Shown here: positions 1-7,820 of the stretch, in pieces | Layout of the letters: each line of letters begins with the position of its first letter | Position numbering within the stretch: position 1 is the stretch's first letter | NCBI RefSeq assembly: GCF_900103715.1 | Contig: NZ_FNHL01000001.1 | Span: 445,295-477,294, forward strand | From: Halogranum gelatinilyticum | GTDB lineage: Archaea; Halobacteriota; Halobacteria; Halobacteriales; Haloferacaceae | Reading direction: 5' to 3' | Length of the DNA stretch: 32,000 bases | The notes under the pieces: model-generated | Seen by the model: the letters and a program-made list of their open reading frames with translations, nothing else | Database searches by the model: none | Told to the model about the DNA's origin: nothing | Position numbers and translations under genes: made by a program

Positions 1-54
1 TGCCGTTACGTCGTCGTACTGCTTCGTTACGTGTTCGAGTTTAACATTTCCCAT
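1..54 (-). CDS. ABC transporter ATP-binding protein, first 18 codons only (the gene runs off the left edge)
   Basis: The reverse complement of 1-54 translates to MGNVKLEHVTKQYDDVTA, a typical MalK/UgpC-type ATPase start. It lies directly downstream of two permease genes on the same strand. Confidence 0.55.
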   Translation of the reverse strand, partial: MGNVKLEHVTKQYDDVTA

Positions 55-60
55 AGTGAA

Positions 61-990
61 TCACTCCTTGACTGCTCCGGCGGTGAGACCGCTGACAATT
101 TTCTCCTGTGCAACAACCACGATGAGCGCGACCGGGAGAATCCCGATGAGGCTCGCAGCCGCCATGTAGTTGTACAGACTAGTATACTGGCTCTGGAAGG
201 CCAGAATGCCCCATACGAGTGGGGCACCGTTCTCGGGCTGACCTGTCGTCATCAGGAACGAGAAGAAGAACTCGTTGTAGACGGCGATGAACGTCAGAAT
301 TCCGGCGGTTGACAAACCGGGTGCCGAGAGCGGCATGATGACTCTGAACAGTGCACCGATTCGAGTCGTCCCTTCTACCCGTGCTGCGTCCTCGAGTCCG
401 TCCGGAATCTGGCTGTAGAACGTCGTCAGGATGAACACTGACAACGGCAGGAAGAGTCCGCTGAACGGAACGATAATCGCCCCCACCGTATTGAACAGGT
501 CCGGGCTGTGAAGCCCGAAGAGTACCACGTTCCCGGTGAACAGCTTGAACAACGGGAGAATGAACGCTGCTGGTGGGAAGAACGAGATTATCAACAGCAA
601 CAGCAGTAGTCCACCCTTCCCACGGAATTCGAGCCGTCCGAACGCGTATCCTGCCAGACTCGAGACGAGCAGGACGTAGACTGTCGTTGCGATGGCGATC
701 ACGAAGCTATTGAACATATACAGGTGGAGCGGAACGGTGTTCCACATCTCGACGAAGACCGAGATGTTGAATCCGCGTGGGATCGGTCCCATGTTCACGA
801 TGAGGTCATTCGGCGTAAGTGCCAGAACCACGAGCCAGTAGATCGGGAAGAGCGTCGTGAACATGAAGAAGATGAGCGCGACGTAGAACATCGCTCTGTG
901 TACCTTCCCCGGATTGTCGATCGCGCTCTTGACCCAGTGGGTGAAGGGCCCACCACCGTCTCCGGCGTCGTTGTCTTGTGCGGTCGTCAT
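61..990 (-). CDS. Carbohydrate ABC transporter permease (MalG/UgpE-like inner membrane component)
   Basis: 309-aa ORF with multiple hydrophobic segments and an EAA-like loop (IPDGLEDAARVEGTTRIGALFRVIMPL). Its ATG abuts the stop of the upstream permease (TAGATG). Confidence 0.9.
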   Translation of the reverse strand: MTTAQDNDAGDGGGPFTHWVKSAIDNPGKVHRAMFYVALIFFMFTTLFPIYWLVVLALTPNDLIVNMGPIPRGFNISVFVEMWNTVPLHLYMFNSFVIAIATTVYVLLVSSLAGYAFGRLEFRGKGGLLLLLLIISFFPPAAFILPLFKLFTGNVVLFGLHSPDLFNTVGAIIVPFSGLFLPLSVFILTTFYSQIPDGLEDAARVEGTTRIGALFRVIMPLSAPGLSTAGILTFIAVYNEFFFSFLMTTGQPENGAPLVWGILAFQSQYTSLYNYMAAASLIGILPVALIVVVAQEKIVSGLTAGAVKE

Positions 991-1953
991 CTATGCACTC
1001 CCCCCGATTCCTCGGAGACTATCCACGAACTTCACCAGATACACGAGAATGAACACGCTGATTATCAGTGCAGTAAGGAAGGCCAGCGTTGCTGACGTCC
1101 CGTAACGGTTCGACCTGAACGCCGAGATGACGAGACAGGTCATCGACGGGACTGTGCGGCATCCCGACAGTACCTCAATGACACCGTATACTTTCAGCGC
1201 GCCCAGCGTGCGGAAGAGCATCCCTACCAGTACTGCAGGCAGAACCAGTGGGAAGGTAATCATCTTGAACCGTTGCCAGGCAGTGGCACCAGCGACTCTA
1301 CTGACGTCGTAGAGACTCCGGTCGATGCTCTGCATCCCTGCGAGGATGATGAGTGCCATGAACGCGGAGGTCTTCCACGCGTCTGTGAGCGTGATTAGAA
1401 TGAGTGAGTCTTGGGTGTTCGACAGCGGCGTCGACGAGAATATCCCGAGTTCCTGCAGCGGTGCGACCAAGAACCCAATACTCGGCTCGAACAGGAGATA
1501 GAACATCATTCCCTGTACGACTACGGGAACAGCCCACGGAAGAATAATCGCCATCCGGACCCATGCACGGCCACGGAATTCTTGATCGAGTATCAGCGCT
1601 TGGGCGAGTCCAACTACCGTTTCGAGAGTGACACTCACAACTGTAAAGACGACAGTGAGTCCCACGGCGTACCAGAAGGAGCCTGGGAGGACCGCGTTGC
1701 GTTGGCCGGTCAGTACGTCCACATAGTTCTGAATCCCGATGAAGTCACCGACAGCAACTCCAGTGAGAGCGTCTGCATGGAGTGACATGGTGAACGTGTC
1801 TACCAGAGGCCAGAGTGCAACCGCTCCCACCATGAAGAACGCTGGCACCAGCAGGAGGTACGCGTACAGCTCTTCGGGGAGCCCTTCGAGTTTGTTGGCG
1901 ATGGCGTAATCCGGGCGTGGAAAGCCGTTTGACTGCTTGTTTTCAGTTGCCAT
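991..1953 (-). CDS. Carbohydrate ABC transporter permease (MalF/UgpA-like)
   Basis: 320-aa membrane ORF with an EAA-type motif (SIDRSLYDVSRVAGATAWQRFKMITFPL). It sits in an operon with the binding protein and the second permease. Confidence 0.9.
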   Translation of the reverse strand: MATENKQSNGFPRPDYAIANKLEGLPEELYAYLLLVPAFFMVGAVALWPLVDTFTMSLHADALTGVAVGDFIGIQNYVDVLTGQRNAVLPGSFWYAVGLTVVFTVVSVTLETVVGLAQALILDQEFRGRAWVRMAIILPWAVPVVVQGMMFYLLFEPSIGFLVAPLQELGIFSSTPLSNTQDSLILITLTDAWKTSAFMALIILAGMQSIDRSLYDVSRVAGATAWQRFKMITFPLVLPAVLVGMLFRTLGALKVYGVIEVLSGCRTVPSMTCLVISAFRSNRYGTSATLAFLTALIISVFILVYLVKFVDSLRGIGGSA

Positions 1954-1962
1954 TGGACTCGG

Positions 1963-3441
1963 TTAGACCGACTGCTCCTCGATCTCTTTCAGCTTGCTCG
2001 CGAGTTTGTCCATCGCTTGCTGTGGTGACTCGCTGCTCCCCTTCTGCAGTGCCTTGTTGACGGCACTGGCAATGGCACCAGACTGGTCTGGCCAGGCAGT
2101 CGTCACCGGTCGTGGGATCGCATTGCTACCCGCAGTTTGCAAGGCGTCCATGTAGCGTCCCATGACGTCAACATTCCGTGCTTCATCGGAGTTGAACACC
2201 TCCGGCTTCGGCGGTAAGAGCCCAAGCGTCTCGAACTGCCATAGGGTGAACTCCTTGGACATCTTCGCCTTCAGAACCTCTACCACAGCGTCTTTCTTCT
2301 GTGAGTTCGGATTCACGACGGAGTTCCACCCACCAAGTGCCGATGCGGTTCCACCAGTGCCGGTGTACTCGGCTTCGCTCTCTTTGACACCGTACGGCAG
2401 TGGCATCACGCCAAGCTTCTCACCGAGCTCTTCCTCTGCCCCGTTTATCGCGATCGAGTAGGGCCAGTTCCGGTGCATAACGGCGTTGCCATTGGTGAAC
2501 GGCTTCCGGGATGTTTCCTCGGTCCAACCCAGTGTCGCGGCTGGAGCGATGTTACCGGGGATGTCCATCCCGTATTTGTCGTCTTCACCGTGGATGAACG
2601 ACCGTACCATCTTGATCGCGTCCACGGCACCACCTTCGTTGACTGTAATCGGGCGTTCGTTTACCGGCCCGAACAGGTTCTCGGTGCCACCGAAGTAGGC
2701 ACCACCCCAGGTCGTCATCCATTCGTTGAAGTCACAGCAGGCCAATCCACCGTAGCTGTCTGCTTGGAACGTGTAGCCGTACTGGATGTCGTTCTGCGCT
2801 TTGACGTCAGCAGTAATCTCGGCAAACCGAGTCCAGCTCATCGGTTCCGTTTGCCATCCTTCGGTGTCGTACCCGGCGTCCTCGACGAGGTCCTTCCGAT
2901 ACTGTATCGTCGGGAAATCCGGGAACTCTGGGACCCCGTACAGGGTTCCGTCGGGAGCACTTGCGGAAGCGACGCTCGCCTCGAAGAAGTCGTTCTTGAC
3001 GGTACTGACCGTGTTGCTGTCCAGTAGCTCTTCTAGACTCTGTACTTGACCCCGCTGTATGAACGGAATTGTCCACCCGGAGTCCATCGTGAAGATGTCC
3101 GGCTCTTCCCGACCTGCGGAGAGCCAAGTGCGGTACTGATTGAGCAACTGGTCTGTCGTTGACGGGCCGTCCACGATTTCAACGTAGATGTCCTCCGACA
3201 GGCCCGCACTCCACAGTGCTTCGCGAAGTTGGTCTTTGATCCCCGGTGATTCGTTGGCTCCCACGCCAGCGTACTGGCGAACGACTGTCTGGTCCGAACT
3301 CGCTTTTTCAGGCTTGTCTCCGCTTCCTCCGCCGATGCAGCCAGCGATTCCAGTGATCCCGCTTGTCACTCCGACCGCTTGGACGAATCGGCGGCGCGAA
3401 ACTGGTGACCGCGTCTTGTTCTCATTGCCATCGTTCCTCAT
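1963..3441 (-). CDS. Sugar ABC transporter substrate-binding lipoprotein with a Tat signal and lipobox
   Basis: The ORF 1963-3489 is trimmed to the internal ATG at 3441 (MRNDGNENKTRSPVSRRRFVQAVGV...IAGC), giving a twin-arginine motif plus a lipobox Cys. The size and sequence fit extracellular solute-binding family 1. Confidence 0.85.
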   Translation of the reverse strand: MRNDGNENKTRSPVSRRRFVQAVGVTSGITGIAGCIGGGSGDKPEKASSDQTVVRQYAGVGANESPGIKDQLREALWSAGLSEDIYVEIVDGPSTTDQLLNQYRTWLSAGREEPDIFTMDSGWTIPFIQRGQVQSLEELLDSNTVSTVKNDFFEASVASASAPDGTLYGVPEFPDFPTIQYRKDLVEDAGYDTEGWQTEPMSWTRFAEITADVKAQNDIQYGYTFQADSYGGLACCDFNEWMTTWGGAYFGGTENLFGPVNERPITVNEGGAVDAIKMVRSFIHGEDDKYGMDIPGNIAPAATLGWTEETSRKPFTNGNAVMHRNWPYSIAINGAEEELGEKLGVMPLPYGVKESEAEYTGTGGTASALGGWNSVVNPNSQKKDAVVEVLKAKMSKEFTLWQFETLGLLPPKPEVFNSDEARNVDVMGRYMDALQTAGSNAIPRPVTTAWPDQSGAIASAVNKALQKGSSESPQQAMDKLASKLKEIEEQSV

Positions 3442-3470
3442 GGTGCATCTACGATTGTGACATACTCCAC

Positions 3471-3507
3471 AATAAAGATTCTGAATCAAGCAGTTGATTA
3501 AGATTCT
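3471..3507. promoter_or_regulatory. Divergent promoter region with a TATA-like box for the ABC operon, a palindrome and a direct repeat (candidate operator)
   Basis: AATAAA at 3471-3476 reads TTTATT on the minus strand, about 30-35 nt upstream of the ATG at 3441. The palindrome AATCAAgcagTTGATT is at 3484-3499. AAGATTCT is repeated at 3475-3482 and 3500-3507. The stretch is a local A+T-rich island. Confidence 0.35.
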
Positions 3508-3706
3508 AGAAACAATTATGTGGACGTCTCTCTTTGGTTTTGGCGAGCAGGAGCAGCTTACGCGATACCTCTCACATCATGAACCCGACACACAGATGCC
3601 GACAATCACAGACAGCACAGGTTTTTCACTCCGCTCGGAGCCTCTCGAGGCCGACTCAGCCTGCCGACTTTGACACTGGAACAGGCACCGAGGCTGGTGA
3701 GAGTCA

Positions 3707-5407
3707 ATGAGTCAGCCTGCACCCCTCGAACAGGTTGATAAGTCGTGGTGGAAAGAAGCGGTCGTCTACCAGATCTATCCACGAAGCTTCAACGACAGTA
3801 ATGGCGACGGAGTCGGTGACATCCCTGGAATCACCGAGAAAGTCGACTACCTCGACGAACTGGGCGTCGATGTCGTCTGGTTGTGCCCGGTGTACGATTC
3901 TCCGAACGCAGACAACGGGTACGACATCCGCGATTACCGCGCCATCATGGACGAGTTCGGCACGATGGCCGACTGGGAAGAGTTACTGGACGCGCTCCAC
4001 GCGCGAGATATGCGGCTGATCATGGACCTCGTGGTCAACCACACCTCCAAGGAACACGAGTGGTTCCAACGCTCACGACAGCGCGATGGCAAATACGAGG
4101 ACTACTACTACTGGCGCGACGGTTCACCGGACGAACCACCGAACAACTGGGAATCGATCTTCGGCGGCCCAGCGTGGTCTTACGACGACGACCGCGAACA
4201 GTGGTATCTTCACCTGTTCGACGAAAACCAGCCTGACCTGAACTGGCGTAACCCCGATGTCCGCAAAGACGTGAAAGAGATGATCACGTGGTGGCTGGAG
4301 AAGGGCATCGATGGCTTCCGTATGGATGCCATCAACTTCATCTCGAAGCCGGAGGGCCTCCCGGACGGTGACCCAGACGCGCAACTCGTCGGTCACGAAC
4401 ACTACGCTCACGGGCCGCACATCCACGAATACCTCCAGGAGGTGTACGACGATACCCTCGCGAACTACGACACCATGACAGTCGGTGAGATGGGTGGGAC
4501 GAGCATCGAACAAACCGCCGAGTACCTCATCGAGGGTAACAGTGGGTTGGACATGATCTTCCAGTTCAACCACTTGGCCGTCGACGATGGGCCGAACGGT
4601 CCGTGGAGTCTCGATGGGTGGGGCGAGTGGAACCTCACCGACCTCAAAGAAATCGTCACTCGGGCACAAGACGAACTCGCTGCCGAGTTCTGGGAGTCGT
4701 TGTTCCTTGGAAACCACGACCTGCCTCGAATCGTCTCTCGCTTTGGCGATGATGAAGTATATCACGAGGAGAGTGCGAAACTCATCGCCACCTTCCTGCT
4801 GACGCTGCGTGGAACGCCATACATCTATCAGGGTGAGGAACTCGGCATGACAAACGTCGAATTCGACACCCTCGACGAACTTGACGACGTGATGACCATC
4901 GGGAAGGTAAAGGAACTCATCGAAGCGGGCGAGATTGACTCATTCGAGGAAGTACGTGACTTGGTCAACTACCTGAGCCGTGACCACGCACGGACACCGA
5001 TGCAGTGGTCCAACGACTTTCACGCTGGGTTCACCGAGGGTGAGCCGTGGTTCGATGTCAACGAGAACTACCGCGACATCAACGTTGAAGCCGCACTCGC
5101 CGACGAGAACTCCATCTGGCGACACTACCAGTCGCTCATTACCCTCAGACACGAGATGGACACGCTCGTTTACGGCGAGTACGAACTCTTGCTCCCCGAC
5201 CACGAGCAACTCTACGCCTACACACGGACACTCGGTGACGAGGAAGTTCTGGTTGTCCTCAACTGGTCCGACGCGCCTACGACGTTCGACGCTGCGGACA
5301 TCGAAACCAGTGAGGCCGAGATACTGCTCAGTAACTACGAGGAATCACCGCAAAACCCACACCAACAGGAGTTCCGGCCGTACGAAGCGGTCCTGTACCG
5401 GCTCTAA
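3707..5407 (+). CDS. GH13 alpha-glucosidase / oligo-1,6-glucosidase family enzyme
   Basis: 566-aa ORF with the four GH13 signature regions (DLVVNHTS, GFRMDAINF, VGEMGG, FLGNHDLPR) and the WWKEAVVYQIYPRSF N-terminus. Confidence 0.9.
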   Translation: MSQPAPLEQVDKSWWKEAVVYQIYPRSFNDSNGDGVGDIPGITEKVDYLDELGVDVVWLCPVYDSPNADNGYDIRDYRAIMDEFGTMADWEELLDALHARDMRLIMDLVVNHTSKEHEWFQRSRQRDGKYEDYYYWRDGSPDEPPNNWESIFGGPAWSYDDDREQWYLHLFDENQPDLNWRNPDVRKDVKEMITWWLEKGIDGFRMDAINFISKPEGLPDGDPDAQLVGHEHYAHGPHIHEYLQEVYDDTLANYDTMTVGEMGGTSIEQTAEYLIEGNSGLDMIFQFNHLAVDDGPNGPWSLDGWGEWNLTDLKEIVTRAQDELAAEFWESLFLGNHDLPRIVSRFGDDEVYHEESAKLIATFLLTLRGTPYIYQGEELGMTNVEFDTLDELDDVMTIGKVKELIEAGEIDSFEEVRDLVNYLSRDHARTPMQWSNDFHAGFTEGEPWFDVNENYRDINVEAALADENSIWRHYQSLITLRHEMDTLVYGEYELLLPDHEQLYAYTRTLGDEEVLVVLNWSDAPTTFDAADIETSEAEILLSNYEESPQNPHQQEFRPYEAVLYRL

Positions 5408-5447
5408 GCGAATCTCGTGGAAGCACTCGGAAACGAGCCGTGAAGAG

Positions 5448-5481
5448 GACCACTCGGCTTCGTGCCTTGTGGTCTGTTTTT
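5448..5481 (+). terminator. Hairpin plus T5 downstream of the alpha-glucosidase gene
   Basis: GACCAC (5448-5453) pairs with GTGGTC (5469-5474). It is followed by TGTTTTT, with the T-run at 5477-5481. Confidence 0.4.
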
Positions 5482-5553
5482 AAACGATGAGACGACGCGC
5501 AGACAACTCGGCTGTCAGCGTTTCAGAATAAATACTGCCGAAATCGGCCGTCA

Positions 5554-5628
5554 TGGGCCCTATCGGATTCGAACCAATGACCACTCGGTTATGAGCCGAG
5601 CGCTCTAACCAGACTGAGCTAAGGGCCC
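5554..5628 (-). tRNA. tRNA with CAT anticodon (elongator Met, or Ile2 if C34 is modified)
   Basis: A hand-folded 75-nt cloverleaf: acceptor GGGCCCT/AGGGCCC, anticodon arm CTCGG-CTCATAA-CCGAG, T arm ATTGG-TTCGAAT-CCGAT, discriminator A. No encoded CCA. Confidence 0.9.
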
Positions 5629-5795
5629 GTACGCCGTCTTTCCCGTGGCCGCTTCTTTAGCGTTACCTTGTCGTTTCACGTCCGCACAGTGACCTCACTC
5701 TCGTCTCCCGTTCCCTGCGCCTTGCCGTGTGTCATACACCGAACTTTCGGCCGAAGACGAGACTCATCGCTTGTGAGGTAGGTTCGGGAAAATCA

Positions 5796-5868
5796 CGCCG
5801 TCGCCAGGACTCGAACCTGGGACCACCTCGTTAACAGCGAGGTGCTCTACCATCTGAGCTACGACGGC
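5796..5868 (-). tRNA. tRNA-Asn (GTT)
   Basis: A hand-folded 73-nt cloverleaf: acceptor GCCGTCG/CGACGGC, anticodon arm CCTCG-CTGTTAA-CGAGG, T arm CCAGG-TTCGAGT-CCTGG. Confidence 0.9.
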
Positions 5869-5993
5869 TCTTCGCGTCTCTTCATATTCGAGGTTATTTG
5901 AAAGCGTTTTCGCTTTCACCTCCCGTAGAAGGGTTTCGATTCCCCACGGCCGACACCGACATCCTTTCGCCGTCGCCGAGGAAACCCGCGGGT

Positions 5994-7379
5994 ATGACTA
6001 CCGAGGAGGACGCCGACCTCGACGCCGTCGTCGCGGGCGTCCGAGAGCGGGTCGACCCCGCACCGGAGGAGCGCGAACGGCTGACCGAGGCTGTCGACGC
6101 GCTCACCGAGCGCGTGCAGGAGGCATTGGCCGACCACGACGTGACGGCCGACGTCGTCCAGGTCGGCAGCACCGCCCGTGGCACGTGGCTCGCTGGCGAC
6201 CGCGACATCGACCTGTTCGTCCGGTTCCCCGACGAGCTCCCGCGCGAAGACCTCGAACGGCTCGGGCTCGTGGTCGGCCGTCAGGTCCTGCCCGACGGCC
6301 ACGAGGAGTTCGCCGAACACCCCTACGTCAAAGGTGAGTTCGAAGGCTTCGACGTCGACCTCGTGCCCTGCTACGACGTGCCCGCCGCGACCGACATCCG
6401 CTCGGCCGTCGACCGGACACCCTTCCACAACGCCTACCTCCTCGACCGGCTCGACGACGACCTTGCGGGCGACGTCCGGGTATTCAAACGCTTCCTGAAG
6501 GGCATCGGCGTCTACGGGAGCGACCTCCGAACCAAGGGCTTCTCGGGCTACCTCTCGGAACTCCTCGTTCTCGAATACGGCGGCTTCGAGCCGCTGCTTC
6601 GAGCCGCCGCCGACTGGCAGCCGCCGGTCGAACACGACCCCGAAGACCACGGGACGCGGACGTTCGACGACCCGCTCGTCGTCGTCGACCCGACCGACCC
6701 CGAGCGCAACGTCGCCGCGGTCCTCTCGGCCGACAACGTCGCGCGGCTCCAGCACTACGCCCGTGACCTCCTCGCCGACCCACGCGAGGAGCTGTTCTTC
6801 CCGCCCGAGCGCGACCGCCTCTCGGCCGAAGAACTCGAGGGTCATCTCGACCGCCGCGGCACGCTCCCGCTCGCCGTCGCCTTCGACGCGCCCGACGTCG
6901 TGGAGGACCAGCTCTATCCACAGCTCGAAAAGTCACTCCACGGCGTCGTCGCCGAGTTGGACCGCCGCGGGTTCGAGCCGCTCCGCGCTGCCTCCTTCGC
7001 CAGCGAGGGTGAAGACCAGCCGTTCGACCGGGCAGTCCTCTTCGTCGAGGTCGCTATCGCCGAGTTACCGAAGATACAGCGTCACAACGGGCCGCCCGTC
7101 CACGTCCGGCAGCACGCGACGGGCTTCTACGAGACGTACGCCGACAGCGACGTCTACGGCCCGTTCGTCGACGGCGACCGCTACGTCGTCGAGCGCGACC
7201 GGGAGTTCACGACGCCCGAGTCGCTCTTGGAGAGCGACGCACTGTTCGACGTCGCACTCGGTGCACAGGTGAAACAGCAGTTGAAGGCTGAGTACGAGGT
7301 GCTCGTCGGCGACGACGTCGTCGCGTTGACCGAGCGGTTCGGCGTGGAGTTGCGAGACTACTTCGATCCGACTCCCTAA
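5994..7379 (+). CDS. cca: Archaeal class I CCA-adding tRNA nucleotidyltransferase
   Basis: The ORF 5898-7379 is trimmed to the ATG at 5994 (MTTEEDADLDAV...). It has the class I nucleotidyltransferase motif VGSTARGTWLAGDRDIDLFV, a typical length of about 460 aa, and sits next to tRNA genes. Confidence 0.9.
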   Translation: MTTEEDADLDAVVAGVRERVDPAPEERERLTEAVDALTERVQEALADHDVTADVVQVGSTARGTWLAGDRDIDLFVRFPDELPREDLERLGLVVGRQVLPDGHEEFAEHPYVKGEFEGFDVDLVPCYDVPAATDIRSAVDRTPFHNAYLLDRLDDDLAGDVRVFKRFLKGIGVYGSDLRTKGFSGYLSELLVLEYGGFEPLLRAAADWQPPVEHDPEDHGTRTFDDPLVVVDPTDPERNVAAVLSADNVARLQHYARDLLADPREELFFPPERDRLSAEELEGHLDRRGTLPLAVAFDAPDVVEDQLYPQLEKSLHGVVAELDRRGFEPLRAASFASEGEDQPFDRAVLFVEVAIAELPKIQRHNGPPVHVRQHATGFYETYADSDVYGPFVDGDRYVVERDREFTTPESLLESDALFDVALGAQVKQQLKAEYEVLVGDDVVALTERFGVELRDYFDPTP

Positions 7380-7468
7380 TCGAGTGGCACCTACCGTCTA
7401 CGCGGTCGCCACGACGAGACGGCAGTGTGACACGAAAGCGTAATCATCCGGCCGCGAGGGCGAGGCAT

Positions 7469-7741
7469 ATGGACTCCACGACGCTCGATAGCTGGCTCCG
7501 TCGGTATGGTGACGCGCTCGTCGCCGTCGGAACGGCGGCCGTCGGTCTCTGGATGCTATTCCGAGGCCACGTGCTGACGGCAGTCTCGTTGGTCGCCATC
7601 GGCTCGTTCGGGGTTGCGAGACTGTCGTTCGACTCCGTCCGCCGCTGGACCGACGACCACCGATACGCCTTCCTCGTCGTCCTCCTCGTTCTCCTGGTGC
7701 TCGGGGTTGGCGGCGTCTTTCCGACGGCTGGTCTCGACTGA
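7469..7741 (+). CDS. Small hypothetical membrane protein (about 3 predicted TM segments)
   Basis: The ORF 7427-7741 is trimmed to the ATG at 7469 (MDSTTLDSWLRRYG...). It has hydrophobic stretches and G/C-ending codon usage. No family is recognised. Confidence 0.45.
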   Translation: MDSTTLDSWLRRYGDALVAVGTAAVGLWMLFRGHVLTAVSLVAIGSFGVARLSFDSVRRWTDDHRYAFLVVLLVLLVLGVGGVFPTAGLD

Positions 7742-7770
7742 ATTCGACTGAATTCGACTGAGCTCGACTG
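7731..7770. repeat. 10-bp tandem repeat, 4 units (NNTCGACTG)
   Basis: The units are gtctcgactg, aattcgactg, aattcgactg and agctcgactg. The first unit contains the stop codon of the 7469-7741 ORF. Confidence 0.9.
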
Positions 7771-7796
7771 GACACGCTGAGGAGACGGCCGTCACC

Positions 7797-7820
7797 GCCA
7801 GTTGCCAGTTGCCAGTTGCG
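7797..7820. repeat. 7-bp tandem repeat GCCAGTT, about 3.4 units
   Basis: The sequence is gccagtt gccagtt gccagtt gcg. It lies immediately before the stop codon of the hdaI-like gene (7821-7823, minus strand). Confidence 0.9.

Noticed and set aside
5475-5483. TTTTTAAAC after the alpha-glucosidase hairpin as a TATA box for an unannotated gene
   Set aside because: No plausible ORF or RNA follows at the right distance on the plus strand. The T-run fits better as a terminator for the GH13 gene.
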